Origin: an uncultured virus (IMG/VR IMGVR_UViG_3300043418_000182)
Lineage: Duplodnaviria > Heunggongvirae > Uroviricota > Caudoviricetes > Schitoviridae
Direction: 5' to 3' (one strand)
IMG/VR virus record: IMGVR_UViG_3300043418_000182
DNA length: 20,000 bases
Shown here: positions 6,962 through 16,387 of the stretch, one piece after another
Layout: each line of letters opens with the position of its first letter
How positions within the stretch are numbered: the stretch's first letter is position 1
Translations under genes and position numbers: made by a program
Notes under the pieces: model-generated
Seen by the model: the letters and a program-made list of their open reading frames with translations, nothing else
Told to the model about the DNA's origin: nothing
Database searches by the model: none

Positions 6962-7091
6962 ATTGTTTCAGGTGGTTCAAGAGGTAAAACATGGCAAGGT
7001 GTGCCGAGTCTTTGGTCTGGGTTTTGTTGAACACCCTCACGTAGTGAAGGTACCAACCCCAGTTGTCACTGCCAACGGGGTAGCGTTTCAT
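6960..7091 (-). CDS. Small hypothetical protein (43 aa, not in ORF track)
   Basis: MKRYPVGSDNWGWYLHYVRVFNKTQTKDSAHLAMFYLLNHLKQ*; ATGA-coupled to the polymerase stop, GGAG SD, ends at the terminator. Confidence 0.55.
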   Translation of the reverse strand: MKRYPVGSDNWGWYLHYVRVFNKTQTKDSAHLAMFYLLNHLKQ

Positions 7092-9727
7092 GCTGTCTCC
7101 ATTTCTTGCATGGCTTTCTTGCACGCCTCAGCGATCGTTGATTGATCTGCGTTGTTGGGCAAGGTGATGGGATGTGCCCAGTCTGGCCAAAAGATGTCCA
7201 GAGCAGCACCCAGCTTCACAGTTGGATGTTGGATCTCAGGCAACTCTTGCCATTGCATGGACTTGATGAGCTCACGGTTGGCCCATTCCACAACGTTGAT
7301 GTCGTCCTTCATCAGGATGTAAATCGCGTCATGGATGAGAGCCACTGGCTTGATGTCGAGTCGGTACTTGGATGCCCAGACCTTCTTCATGAAGTCCACC
7401 GCAGCACGGTTGTTCAATAGGCCATAGGATTGGCCCAATGCGTTACCGGCAGTGCGTCCTTCTGCTGCAGCTTCATAGGGCATGCCCCGGGTACCAAACA
7501 CCACTTGCGAAAGCAGGGGAGTACGGACCCTCAAACCAAATGCCACCTCAACGTAGCCGTCCTTGGCAGCCTGGTGGAGCCGCTTTTGAACGTAGGCATC
7601 ACTGACCTGGTAAAGATCGTGATAGCCCTTCTCGATTGATTTGGCTTTGTCTTCGGGCCAGCCCAAGTTGCTCATCATGCCGTGGTAGGTACCGCCGTAG
7701 GTCAACAAAAAAGTAGGAGCTTTTGAGTCCTGACGGAGCTCTGGAAATTCCTTTTTGATTGTGTTGACTGACTTGGGGTCATCCAGGTCAATATGAGGCA
7801 CCTGGTCACGGAAGTAGTAGGCTGCGCGCAAGCAGTGACCGTCAAAACCTTTTTCGTAGACAGCAAGCTTGTTGGGATCCTTGGTGGTCAGTGCAGAGAT
7901 GTAGTCTTCAAGCGAGTTGAAGTCAGCACCGCCAAACAGCCAGCCAATAGGAGCTTTGAAACACGTCTTGATGATCTTGCCAAACTCAGAGCCTGCAGGC
8001 AGGTTCTGCATGTTGGGATCAGAAGAGCTAAGTCGGCCAGAGACCGTACCACCCAAATTGAACGAGCCATGCAAGTACCGCATGCCATCGGCTTTCATCA
8101 CACCACGCTCAAACGCAGGGATGAAAGTGCTCAGGATTTTGGTGACCTTGCCGTAACCAATCAGCGCTTCAAGGATTTCCTTGTAGGCTGGTTCGTTGGT
8201 GTGGTTGATCAGTTTTTCGATCGTCTCTCCGCCTGTCGCCGGCTGCTTCGTGTCTGTGAGGTCAAGGACTGGGAGCCCCATTTGCTCATAGAGCAGTCTT
8301 TGAAGTTGGGGACCACTGTTAGGGTTAAAAGCAACACCAGCGAACTTTTCAATCGGATGCTGTTTGATCTTAAGTTTTGCATTGGCTTTTTCCATTTCGC
8401 TTTGCTGCAAAAGCAGGTTCAGCATTTGAATCACTGGGCTGTTGTGGATTGCATCGTAGTGACGTTGCTGCTCCCAAACCAGTTCTGTTTTGACTTGCTG
8501 GATTCGGTTGTCTGACATGGGCATGCCTGTCAATTCCAACTGAATGATCAACTTCAAGCTTGGCATCATCAACGTCTGGTAGATGTTGAGCTGCTGGTCT
8601 TGCACCATGGTGGGCCAGAATTTCTCAGCCACATAGTTGGTCGACAAAGCATCCACCAGGTTGTATTGAAGAAGCTCAGGCAACGGAATCTTGCGAATGT
8701 CCTTGATGTCTTCCTTGGCCCAGTTGCCTGCAAACTCATGAGCAAGGCTTTTCAAGCCCAACACGTTGCCAGCAGTGGAATTGGTGGCCAAGTACGCAAT
8801 GATCTTTGTGTCATGAAACCTGCGAGTCATCAATTCCAAACCATCCAGCAATCCTGCTGTGTCCAGCAAGTCGTGCATGAACAGTGTGTAGATGATCACG
8901 CACACGTCGTAATCTGCTTTGTGGAAAATCAACTCACCTTGGTAGGTCGAAAAGAATTCACGCAGCAGAGAACGCACACCACGGTTGATCAATTGCAGGC
9001 CATGAAAGCCGTCTTTAAGATCAATAGCAGCACATGGGTTTGGATGCTTGTCTCTCTCGATGTAATCACAAGCAAACGCAATGCCGTTGTGCTTGTCCCA
9101 GGCAAAAGCAATGGTGCCAATACCAGCTTCGTCAAATGCCAGCGAGAAGGCTTCGATGTCACAACTGAGGCTTGGGTATTGGTGCAGTGATTTGAGAGCT
9201 TCAGCGATGTCGTCAATGGATTCTGGGTACTGCGCGCTGTGAATAATGTTCTGACCCAGCGCTTGGTAGTTGCCAGCCAGCGATGAAGCCAAAGTATGCA
9301 AGCTCAAATCGAGTTTGGCTTGCAACGATGGGTTGTAAATCAACTGCTGGTAATTCAAAGCAAGCACCACATTCATGTGCTCGTAGCCTTTGACTTTGCA
9401 AGGCAGCACGTAACCAAAATGAGGATCTGCTTTGGATTGCCCAGTGAGCGTTTTGAAGTAGTTTGAGTCCGCTACGTAGAGATGCTTGACACCCACCTGA
9501 TCCAATGCAGGCAGCAGGTTGTCCAGATACTCTTTGATGAACTTGGCTGGCGCTTTGCCATCGGGGTTGTACTTGACGGTGAAAGCAATGATGTCGCTTT
9601 CAGAAACACCACGCTTCACCAGCGGGTCAATGTAGTTGATGCGCAGTTCGCTCTTGTTGAAAGAAGTACCTTTCACAAGGACAGCAATGCTGTACGAAGT
9701 GTTTTCGGTGAAGATGTGGTGTCTCAT
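7088..9727 (-). CDS. DNA polymerase family A with 3'-5' exonuclease (N4 gp39-like)
   Basis: ExoI CDIEAF, ExoII FHKADYD, ExoIII YNLVD; TVSGRLSSSDPNMQNLP; motif A GADFNSLE, motif B RQDSKAPTFLLTYGG, motif C IHDA. Confidence 0.95.
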   Translation of the reverse strand: MRHHIFTENTSYSIAVLVKGTSFNKSELRINYIDPLVKRGVSESDIIAFTVKYNPDGKAPAKFIKEYLDNLLPALDQVGVKHLYVADSNYFKTLTGQSKADPHFGYVLPCKVKGYEHMNVVLALNYQQLIYNPSLQAKLDLSLHTLASSLAGNYQALGQNIIHSAQYPESIDDIAEALKSLHQYPSLSCDIEAFSLAFDEAGIGTIAFAWDKHNGIAFACDYIERDKHPNPCAAIDLKDGFHGLQLINRGVRSLLREFFSTYQGELIFHKADYDVCVIIYTLFMHDLLDTAGLLDGLELMTRRFHDTKIIAYLATNSTAGNVLGLKSLAHEFAGNWAKEDIKDIRKIPLPELLQYNLVDALSTNYVAEKFWPTMVQDQQLNIYQTLMMPSLKLIIQLELTGMPMSDNRIQQVKTELVWEQQRHYDAIHNSPVIQMLNLLLQQSEMEKANAKLKIKQHPIEKFAGVAFNPNSGPQLQRLLYEQMGLPVLDLTDTKQPATGGETIEKLINHTNEPAYKEILEALIGYGKVTKILSTFIPAFERGVMKADGMRYLHGSFNLGGTVSGRLSSSDPNMQNLPAGSEFGKIIKTCFKAPIGWLFGGADFNSLEDYISALTTKDPNKLAVYEKGFDGHCLRAAYYFRDQVPHIDLDDPKSVNTIKKEFPELRQDSKAPTFLLTYGGTYHGMMSNLGWPEDKAKSIEKGYHDLYQVSDAYVQKRLHQAAKDGYVEVAFGLRVRTPLLSQVVFGTRGMPYEAAAEGRTAGNALGQSYGLLNNRAAVDFMKKVWASKYRLDIKPVALIHDAIYILMKDDINVVEWANRELIKSMQWQELPEIQHPTVKLGAALDIFWPDWAHPITLPNNADQSTIAEACKKAMQEMETA

Positions 9728-9735
9728 GGGTCTCC

Positions 9736-10251
9736 TTAGATAAGCAGGTTGGTAACCATCCTGGCTTTCATCATGTCGATGGGTGTTTTGTTTTGCACTT
9801 GCATCTGCAACACGCTTTCATCTGAAAGCTTGTGACGTTGGCAAGGACATGTTGAGATGATTTCCTGCAGCGGATGATGCACCGAGTCAGGCAGCAGTCT
9901 TAGATAGTCACCAAATTCATTGGAGACATTGAGCACCTGGTTGATGAAGCCAATGACATAAGGAAGTTCCTTTTCATTGAGCTCTTTCAGATCTTTCAGG
10001 TACTCATCCATCTGAGGACGCAGCTGAGGCAGCAGACGATTCCAGACGCGGGGAGGAGCCCCGACATCACAGGTGTACACCTCACCCTTGTAGTTGAACG
10101 ACTTGTGGCCGTGTCCTGCAAGGAGGGTGTTCCTGATGATGATGGTGTCCAGCCGAGTCTTGAATTGCTTCTGTACTGGTGTGTACAGAAAATCATAGAG
10201 CGTGTCTTTGATTTGCTGCTTGGTGCGAGGATCGTACTGCAGGTTTTCCAT
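9736..10251 (-). CDS. Conserved hypothetical protein at the N4 gp38 position
   Basis: 171 aa between helicase and polymerase as in N4-like genomes; call rests on synteny only. Confidence 0.65.
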   Translation of the reverse strand: MENLQYDPRTKQQIKDTLYDFLYTPVQKQFKTRLDTIIIRNTLLAGHGHKSFNYKGEVYTCDVGAPPRVWNRLLPQLRPQMDEYLKDLKELNEKELPYVIGFINQVLNVSNEFGDYLRLLPDSVHHPLQEIISTCPCQRHKLSDESVLQMQVQNKTPIDMMKARMVTNLLI

Positions 10252-10272
10252 GGTCTTCTCTAAGGGTTTGGG

Positions 10273-11523
10273 TTAAACCAAATCTCCGGTCAAGAAGACT
10301 TGGTGACGAGCACGGCTAATGCCGACGTACAACATGCGAGCAATTTGATCTCCTGAGTTGCAACGACTGATGTCGTCGAGATCAACAAACACACGATCAA
10401 ATGTAGACCCTTGGGCCTTGTTGATTGTGCAAGCATAAGCAGCACGCAGATCAATCCATTGCATCTCAATTTCTGAGACGATGTAGATCTCGTTTTCTGC
10501 TCTGGCTTTCTTGATGCGTGCGTTCTTGGACTCTAAAGTCTTGGGCATGAACACACGGGAAACGTGATCAATGGTGAACCAGTTACCCAACACGTCATGC
10601 ACTGTTTCGTCTTCGCTGATACCAGTGATCTGAACCAGTTGGTCAGTCTTGATACCTATTCGGCCGACAGTGATAAACGAGTTGCACACAGCGTAGTCAT
10701 CCACTTGAAAGTGCGGATCGCCTTTCACATGGTTGCGCACAAAGTGGTTGTAGCCGATTACACATTTGTTGGTCCAAGCCAAGATTTTAGAATCCTGGTA
10801 TCGCCAGTCAGGTCGAGTAAATTCTTGCTCGATGGCGGTATTGAACTCATCTCGTGAAAGGTACTTGACGGCTTCACCATCGGGAACGAAGCTGAAGAAT
10901 TCTCCTGTGTTAACGGTGTGACGAAACTTGGTAGACAGCTCCACGATGGGATTGCCTTCAGCTTGTCGAACCACGGTGGTCAATGCGGCACCACCGAAGT
11001 TGGCATCGAACACAGGGGTGCCTGTGCTCTTGACCGGTGTCAGCTGAGCAGGGTCACCGATGAACACCACCTTACAGTCACGAGTCATCTTGAAAATGAA
11101 GCCCAGCAACTGCTTGTCTACGTAGCTTGCTTCATCAATGAAGAGCAGGTAGCCAGATTTTTGTTCTTGGTTTCGAGGGATGAGTGTAGTGACGTTGGTT
11201 TTGAAATCCGTCTGTACACGCAAGCCTAGGAACGAATGAATCGTGTTGGCTGGGTAACCAGTGATCGAGCCAAGGTTCTCCGCTGCTTTGTTGGTAGTAG
11301 CGGTGAGCTCGATTTGGTAGTCGGGCTGGCTTGGGTTGATGAGTCGTGCGGCTTGCATGAACTCAGGGACGTGGTCGATGATGGTTCGCACCAAAGTTGA
11401 CTTGCCACAGCCTGAGTAACCGGAGAGCACAAATACTGTTTCGATTGGGTCAAGAAGGAATTGGTGAAACGCATCAAGTGCTTTCTGTTGGTCGTCTGTG
11501 AGAGTGATGGTTGCGGTGGTCAT
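10273..11523 (-). CDS. dda: SF1B Dda/RecD-like DNA helicase (N4 gp37-like)
   Basis: Walker A GYSGCGKS, Walker B FIDEAS, GDPAQL, TINKAQGSTF and LYVGISRAR. Confidence 0.92.
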   Translation of the reverse strand: MTTATITLTDDQQKALDAFHQFLLDPIETVFVLSGYSGCGKSTLVRTIIDHVPEFMQAARLINPSQPDYQIELTATTNKAAENLGSITGYPANTIHSFLGLRVQTDFKTNVTTLIPRNQEQKSGYLLFIDEASYVDKQLLGFIFKMTRDCKVVFIGDPAQLTPVKSTGTPVFDANFGGAALTTVVRQAEGNPIVELSTKFRHTVNTGEFFSFVPDGEAVKYLSRDEFNTAIEQEFTRPDWRYQDSKILAWTNKCVIGYNHFVRNHVKGDPHFQVDDYAVCNSFITVGRIGIKTDQLVQITGISEDETVHDVLGNWFTIDHVSRVFMPKTLESKNARIKKARAENEIYIVSEIEMQWIDLRAAYACTINKAQGSTFDRVFVDLDDISRCNSGDQIARMLYVGISRARHQVFLTGDLV

Positions 11524-11855
11524 GCAAATTCTTTGGTAGTTTGTTGCAGCGTTCGGCTGTCCTGCAGTTCTTGCAACGTGATGTTTAAAAGGCGCGCTAC
11601 TTTGATGTCTTCGTAGTGCGAGTGTGCAAGTGATGAAACACGAATGCTGTCTTTGTCCAAAGGACCGATAAACGGTTCTTTGCCGTAGTCGTCGTTCATC
11701 ATTTCAGCGTCTTTTAACGCATTGATGAAAGCAATGCCGGCGTCGTGAGGCAAGACCAATTTGCGGTTGTACGAAAGCTCAACAACAAAAAAATTGGCTT
11801 GCTTTTTGCTGTTTACTTTTTTGATGGCATCAAGAATTTCAAGCTCAGACTTCAT
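11520..11855 (-). CDS. Hypothetical protein
   Basis: 111 aa; overlaps both neighbours in the operon. Confidence 0.7.
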   Translation of the reverse strand: MKSELEILDAIKKVNSKKQANFFVVELSYNRKLVLPHDAGIAFINALKDAEMMNDDYGKEPFIGPLDKDSIRVSSLAHSHYEDIKVARLLNITLQELQDSRTLQQTTKEFA

Positions 11856-12966
11856 ATTTGATTACCTTTCCAAATGGAGCTTCGAACTTGTCGTTGTCAT
11901 GGATGAGCCATAGCACTTCACTTTTGGTGGTGAGTTCGCTAAAGTTGAAGTAGCCATCGGTAAACACAATCAACAGCTGAGGCTTATTGACATTGGCCCA
12001 TTCGAGAACGGGATCAATGTATGTACCACCACGGCCGCTGAAATTCATGTTCATCAAGTCTTTGACGTTTTTCACATCAGCCACTAGCTTCAGCTCGGTG
12101 TCGAACTGAATCATCGTGATCTTTTCTGGCTTCATCATTCGAAGAATCGAATGAGTCTCCGTCACGAATCGGTTGAACTCGTGATCGGATACGGAGCCAG
12201 AGGTGTCCACTGCAATGGCCAGGTTCATCAGGTTTTCACCAAACAAGCTGGGCAAATAGTGACGAGGAAAGAACCTGCGATTGGGTTTGCGGAACGAGTA
12301 ATCGTTCTTGGCAAACGTGCGCAAATACTTCAGCAAAATTTTGTTCCATGGCAGCTTGGGTGTAAGCAAGCGATCCAGGAAGATTTGAATTTCACCAGGG
12401 ATGGTGCCCGGTGCATCGTTGCTCATCTTGGATTGCATGGCTGCTTGACACAGGATGTCTTGCATGTCTGAAGCCAGTTGCTCAGATGCTGCAGGGCTGC
12501 CATCTCCAGGAGCTTCCAGGTCTTCTCCGAAGCCAGCCATGGGTTCGTTATCAGGTTGTTCTGGCAACAGGGCATAGACCTCTTCAGTGCTCATGCCTTT
12601 GTACTGGTCGTCAGCCAAGCCCATGCTGGGCATCTTGAAACCACGTTCTTTTAACTGCAGGTTGATGACGTGGTCTGCTGCGACGTTGAACTTGCGCTGG
12701 TTGAATGATTTGCCGCGCTCCATGTGCAGGTAGGCACAGTGCATGGCCTCATGCAGCATCAGGAAGATTCGTTCGTCATGGCTCAGGCTCATGAAGAATT
12801 CGGTGTTGTAACGCACCTGCGTGCCATTGGTGGCAGCAGTCTTGATGCTGTCATCAAAGATGTGCTTGAGGCTAAAGGCAAGGGTGGTGAAGAAGGCCGA
12901 GTCAGCTCTGGACATCAGAGCAATCTTGGCTTTGTTTAATGCAATATCGTGGGGCAGTTGGGACAT
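11845..12966 (-). CDS. Metallopeptidase-like plus vWA domain protein (N4 gp25-like)
   Basis: TAATNG, HEAMH zincin motif, MIDAS DTSGS, GRGGT and VFTDG. Confidence 0.9.
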   Translation of the reverse strand: MSQLPHDIALNKAKIALMSRADSAFFTTLAFSLKHIFDDSIKTAATNGTQVRYNTEFFMSLSHDERIFLMLHEAMHCAYLHMERGKSFNQRKFNVAADHVINLQLKERGFKMPSMGLADDQYKGMSTEEVYALLPEQPDNEPMAGFGEDLEAPGDGSPAASEQLASDMQDILCQAAMQSKMSNDAPGTIPGEIQIFLDRLLTPKLPWNKILLKYLRTFAKNDYSFRKPNRRFFPRHYLPSLFGENLMNLAIAVDTSGSVSDHEFNRFVTETHSILRMMKPEKITMIQFDTELKLVADVKNVKDLMNMNFSGRGGTYIDPVLEWANVNKPQLLIVFTDGYFNFSELTTKSEVLWLIHDNDKFEAPFGKVIKYEV

Positions 12967-12996
12967 AGGGCTCTCTTGGTTAAGAGGCCCATGGCC

Positions 12997-13482
12997 TCAT
13001 TCTTCTGTGTGTGCAATCAGCTGTTTGAGCCGATAGCGTTTGCCGTATTCGACTTGGTCATCCCAAGGCAGAGATGTGACTTTCTCTTTGTGATCGAGGA
13101 TGTACTTCTTAAGTGCCTCAGGCTCATCGAGCAATGCTATGAGTCGGCTCAGATCAGGGTTGAGGTACTCATTGGCTACTTCCTTGCGCACGGCGTCACC
13201 GTCAGGAGTGAACCGACAGGTTTCGGTTCCTGGTCCGTACTCACTACCTGAGTCCCAATCGCTTTCGAAAGGGATGCCTGCTTTCTCGAGTGCATCGAGA
13301 TGGGGCAGCGTTCCGTAGTTCACTTCGTACCAAGTGAAGTGGCATAGGAAGTGAGGATTGTTGGTTGCCTCGCTGTTATGAAATGAATCATTGGGCTGGT
13401 CCTCTTCTCGTTCGAAGATGGCTAAGGCAGCTTCTTTGTAAACAGACGGTATCGTCAGCGTGACAGAGGTGCGATCACCCAT
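12997..13482 (-). CDS. Hypothetical protein
   Basis: 161 aa acidic ORF in operon orientation. Confidence 0.7.
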   Translation of the reverse strand: MGDRTSVTLTIPSVYKEAALAIFEREEDQPNDSFHNSEATNNPHFLCHFTWYEVNYGTLPHLDALEKAGIPFESDWDSGSEYGPGTETCRFTPDGDAVRKEVANEYLNPDLSRLIALLDEPEALKKYILDHKEKVTSLPWDDQVEYGKRYRLKQLIAHTEE

Positions 13483-13486
13483 GATT

Positions 13487-13672
13487 TCACCGTTTGGTTT
13501 CGAGGTACTTGGTCAAGCGGTCAATGACCACCAGGTAGTACTCAGACATCTTGGCGTGGTATTCGGCCGATGCTTTGGAGTTGAGGAAGCTGCGGCGCGC
13601 TTCTTCCAAGCTCTCCAATGCAATGACATCAGCAGATGGCTTTTTGGTTAGGCGTTTGATTGTTTCGAACAT
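13487..13672 (-). CDS. Hypothetical protein
   Basis: Start reassigned to ATG 13672 (MFETIKRLTKKPSA...), downstream of the terminator hairpin. Confidence 0.6.
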   Translation of the reverse strand: MFETIKRLTKKPSADVIALESLEEARRSFLNSKASAEYHAKMSEYYLVVIDRLTKYLETKR

Positions 13673-13682
13673 GTTTACTTTC

Positions 13683-13713
13683 AAAAAGAAAGCCACCTGT
13701 AACAGTGGCTTTC
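13683..13713 (-). terminator. Intrinsic terminator after the AAA ATPase
   Basis: Minus strand GAAAGCCAC-TGTTACAG-GTGGCTTTC-TTTTT. Confidence 0.75.
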
Positions 13714-13719
13714 CTGGTT

Positions 13720-14733
13720 TTAGAACAGACTTGCTGCTGACTCGGAGACCCATTTTTGCACCGATGGATGAGACATCATGGTCTTGTTTCGTCGGATGGT
13801 TTCACGCATGGTGACCACCTGAAATTCCACAGGCAAACGCTTGATGAACTTCATCATGGAATCGAAGTTTTCCTTGGTAGCGTTGTGAGCCAATGAGCCT
13901 GTCAGGGCAAACAAGATTGAAGGCTCTTGCGGTACCTTGATGGCTTCAGGTGTGGCCACAATCTGCGCTGGCTTGGGCAAGTCAGCATAGATTTTGCAGA
14001 AGGTTGTGAACTCACGAGCCACCCCCTCAGACAAGGTGCCGGCCAGCATAGGCAAACGTTCAGGTGCACCATCCGCCGTCACTTTGAGGACGCGGTTGGC
14101 AAACTCCCAGGTACGTGGGCAAGCATAAGTCTTGTCCGTGTGGTCTGGGGTGAACGTGTACAGCTGGCCGGGCTTGAACTTCACGTAATCGGTGATGCGG
14201 TGATCGATGTCATTGGCCGAAGCCCATTCCACCCACTCATTGGCATCCACCATAAGCTCCATGTGCACCAGGCGAGACTGCAGGGCAGTGCTCATAGGTT
14301 GCACAATGGCGTTGTCTGTCTCCAAGTTGCCGGCTGCCACGATCGCTACACGATCATGAAGCTGATGGCTGCCCACCTGACGGTCCAGGATCAGCTTGTA
14401 GGCCGCTGCTTGAATGGCTGGAGGCGCTGAGGTGGCCTCATCCAGAAAGAGCATCCAGCCGCTGAAACCAGCAGGCACAGCATCACCTTGGATGGGGAAG
14501 TGCTTCATGGGCACGTAGTCAGCCTTGCCACCTTCAATGGTGGGAAAGCCTGCCAAGTCAGTTGGATCGCATTGGCTCAAACGAAGGTCGATGACCTTGA
14601 GGTTATGTTCCTTGGCGATCTGATAAATGACTTGAGATTTACCGCAGCCAGGTGAGCCCACAAGCATGGGCACCAGCTTGGCACGGATGTAGGAGGTGAG
14701 CATGGCGCTCGCCTGAGAGATTTTTACTTGCAT
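13720..14733 (-). CDS. MoxR-like AAA+ ATPase (N4 gp24-like)
   Basis: Walker A GSPGCGKS, DLRLSQCDPTDLAGFP, Walker B LFLDE, AAGN, ALQSRL and CPRTWE. Confidence 0.92.
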   Translation of the reverse strand: MQVKISQASAMLTSYIRAKLVPMLVGSPGCGKSQVIYQIAKEHNLKVIDLRLSQCDPTDLAGFPTIEGGKADYVPMKHFPIQGDAVPAGFSGWMLFLDEATSAPPAIQAAAYKLILDRQVGSHQLHDRVAIVAAGNLETDNAIVQPMSTALQSRLVHMELMVDANEWVEWASANDIDHRITDYVKFKPGQLYTFTPDHTDKTYACPRTWEFANRVLKVTADGAPERLPMLAGTLSEGVAREFTTFCKIYADLPKPAQIVATPEAIKVPQEPSILFALTGSLAHNATKENFDSMMKFIKRLPVEFQVVTMRETIRRNKTMMSHPSVQKWVSESAASLF

Positions 14734-14745
14734 GGGGTTCCTTGG

Positions 14746-15159
14746 TTACCACCAACTGTCATAAACAATGGCACCGCCCTCGGCGAATACCTTGCGTGCT
14801 TTTTGAACGAACTCAAGGACTTCTTCCTTGTCTTCGTCACTGAACTCATCCTTGTCACCAAAAAAGAAACCACCCTTGGCAGGTAGTGCTTTCATTTTGG
14901 CCATGGACTCCAGACGATCAATGTCATCTGGCATCACACGAACAGTGCTGCAGTTGAAGTCTTCATCCTTGCCACCTTTGGCACGGTAAAGACTCTCCAT
15001 CCAGCCGTGGAGGTGGTTGAACTTTCGCCAGTAGGCAAAGTCACCATCCACACCTTCGATGGGTTGGCCGTCGGCATAGAGCTTTTCAGCCACGTCCACC
15101 TGGTCGGTGTCTTGCAGGATGTCTTTGCGCACTGAGTACGCGTACATGTCGAGTCCCAT
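14746..15159 (-). CDS. Conserved phage hypothetical protein
   Basis: MGLDMY...YWRKFNHLHGWM...GFFFG...YDSWW pattern, recognised from other phages. Confidence 0.8.
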   Translation of the reverse strand: MGLDMYAYSVRKDILQDTDQVDVAEKLYADGQPIEGVDGDFAYWRKFNHLHGWMESLYRAKGGKDEDFNCSTVRVMPDDIDRLESMAKMKALPAKGGFFFGDKDEFSDEDKEEVLEFVQKARKVFAEGGAIVYDSWW

Positions 15160-15167
15160 GGGATTCC

Positions 15168-15353
15168 TTAAGCGCTGAGTTTCAGCAGGGTGTTGTGATA
15201 GGTCATCAGCAGACTGAACATTTCGTTCTTGTCTGTGATGGGGAGTTTTGATTCAGCGAAGTCGACGACTTCTTGAAGGCTTCCCAATGTAGGGAAGAGC
15301 GCCATAGGCACCGCACGGAGTAGCGGGTGAGAATTACTTACGGGTTTGGGCAT
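15168..15353 (-). CDS. Hypothetical protein
   Basis: MPKPVSNSHP...LLMTYHNTLL; start reassigned to 15353. Confidence 0.65.
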   Translation of the reverse strand: MPKPVSNSHPLLRAVPMALFPTLGSLQEVVDFAESKLPITDKNEMFSLLMTYHNTLLKLSA

Positions 15354-15660
15354 TGGTTTGTTTGGGGGTTCGCCAAAAGATTGCTTTGAGCATGCACTGC
15401 ACTTTTTCAACAAAAGTCAGTTCAATCATGTCAATGTGGAGTACTGGTTCAGATTTAACTGGTGCTGGAGCGGTCGTTACACCTTCGCTCTTCGTCCTAC
15501 GGACTCGAGCTCGGTTCACTCCCTCCTCAACTAACACTCGTTGAATAGTTCGAATAGACACATCAAAACGATTGGCCAGTTCTTCACAGCTAGTGAGATG
15601 AACGTTGTAAGCAAAAGCTACGTGGATCTTTTGTTCTTCTGTTAAACATTTAACTGTCAT
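15334..15660 (-). CDS. HTH DNA-binding protein
   Basis: SCEELANRFDVSIRTIQRVL helix-turn-helix; AGGA SD. Confidence 0.75.
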   Translation of the reverse strand: MTVKCLTEEQKIHVAFAYNVHLTSCEELANRFDVSIRTIQRVLVEEGVNRARVRRTKSEGVTTAPAPVKSEPVLHIDMIELTFVEKVQCMLKAIFWRTPKQTNAQTRK

Positions 15661-15669
15661 GGCTGGTCC

Positions 15670-16002
15670 TTAGTTTTTAACACCGTGCTCTTCGGCAACG
15701 GTTAAAAGAGCTTGGCTCAGTGTGTTGAAGTGGTTCAACGCTTTCTGAGTTGGAAACAAGTACTTGGTACGGCGGTTCTCGCCTTCGTACTGGTGGTAGA
15801 TCAAACCTGCTTTGCGCAGATCGTCCAACTTACGGTGCAGAGTTGCAGGTGAAGCAATCTCTTGTAGATCCATGCACTCTGTAACAGTCAATGCTTCATG
15901 TGCTGCACAGGTGGCGATGATCTCTAGTAAGCGAAGAGCGGTTAAATCAACACTCAGTTGGTGTTGTTCCGTGTGGGAGAGGAATTTGAGATAGGCTGAC
16001 AT
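15670..16002 (-). CDS. Winged-helix (MarR-like) transcriptional regulator
   Basis: ALRLLEII...ASPATLHRKLDDLRKAGLI...NRRTKYLFPT wHTH and wing motif. Confidence 0.75.
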   Translation of the reverse strand: MSAYLKFLSHTEQHQLSVDLTALRLLEIIATCAAHEALTVTECMDLQEIASPATLHRKLDDLRKAGLIYHQYEGENRRTKYLFPTQKALNHFNTLSQALLTVAEEHGVKN

Positions 16003-16205
16003 TGGTCATGGTCTTTCTTTTTTCGAAAATCGTGTGTTAGTCGGTACTGCAGGATCATTCCCCAAACAGTTCCCCAGATGACCCAGATCACTCGAGCGGC
16101 AAAGCTCCAGGTTTCAGGGTCTCTGTTCCAGTTGATGATGCCCAGAAGCATGTAAACAGCTGCGTACATGACTGGGTAGGCAATGAGATCAAGGTAAGGT
16201 TTCAT
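15954..16205 (-). CDS. Two-TM membrane protein
   Basis: MKPYLDLIAYPVMYAAVYMLLGII...VIWVIWGTVWGMIL; ATGA-coupled start at 16205. Confidence 0.6.
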   Translation of the reverse strand: MKPYLDLIAYPVMYAAVYMLLGIINWNRDPETWSFAARVIWVIWGTVWGMILQYRLTHDFRKKKDHDQCQPISNSSPTRNNTN

Positions 16206-16387
16206 GCCAGGGTTCCTAAAGTTTTTCCAGCCCATTCAAGATACTTGGCAGTGGTCTTGGCAATCTTGCTGGGTTTCTTTTTTGGCTTGGTTTTTGCTTT
16301 TGGCTTTGGTTTAAGTACAGGCTTGGCTGCCTCTACTGGTTGGTCATACTTTGGCCACGGGGCATTGGGTGCAAGTACTGTCTTCAT
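16202..16387 (-). CDS. Small Lys/Pro-rich protein
   Basis: 61 aa with KPKPKAKTKPKKKP; ATGA-coupled. Confidence 0.6.
   Translation of the reverse strand: MKTVLAPNAPWPKYDQPVEAAKPVLKPKPKAKTKPKKKPSKIAKTTAKYLEWAGKTLGTLA

Noticed and set aside
6460..7056. 198-aa minus-strand ORF
   Set aside because: Antisense to the Dps-like gene and runs through the terminator hairpin and T run.
7142..9739. Long plus-strand ORFs such as 7793-8515 and 8600-9190
   Set aside because: Antisense shadows of the DNA polymerase gene with no recognisable motifs.
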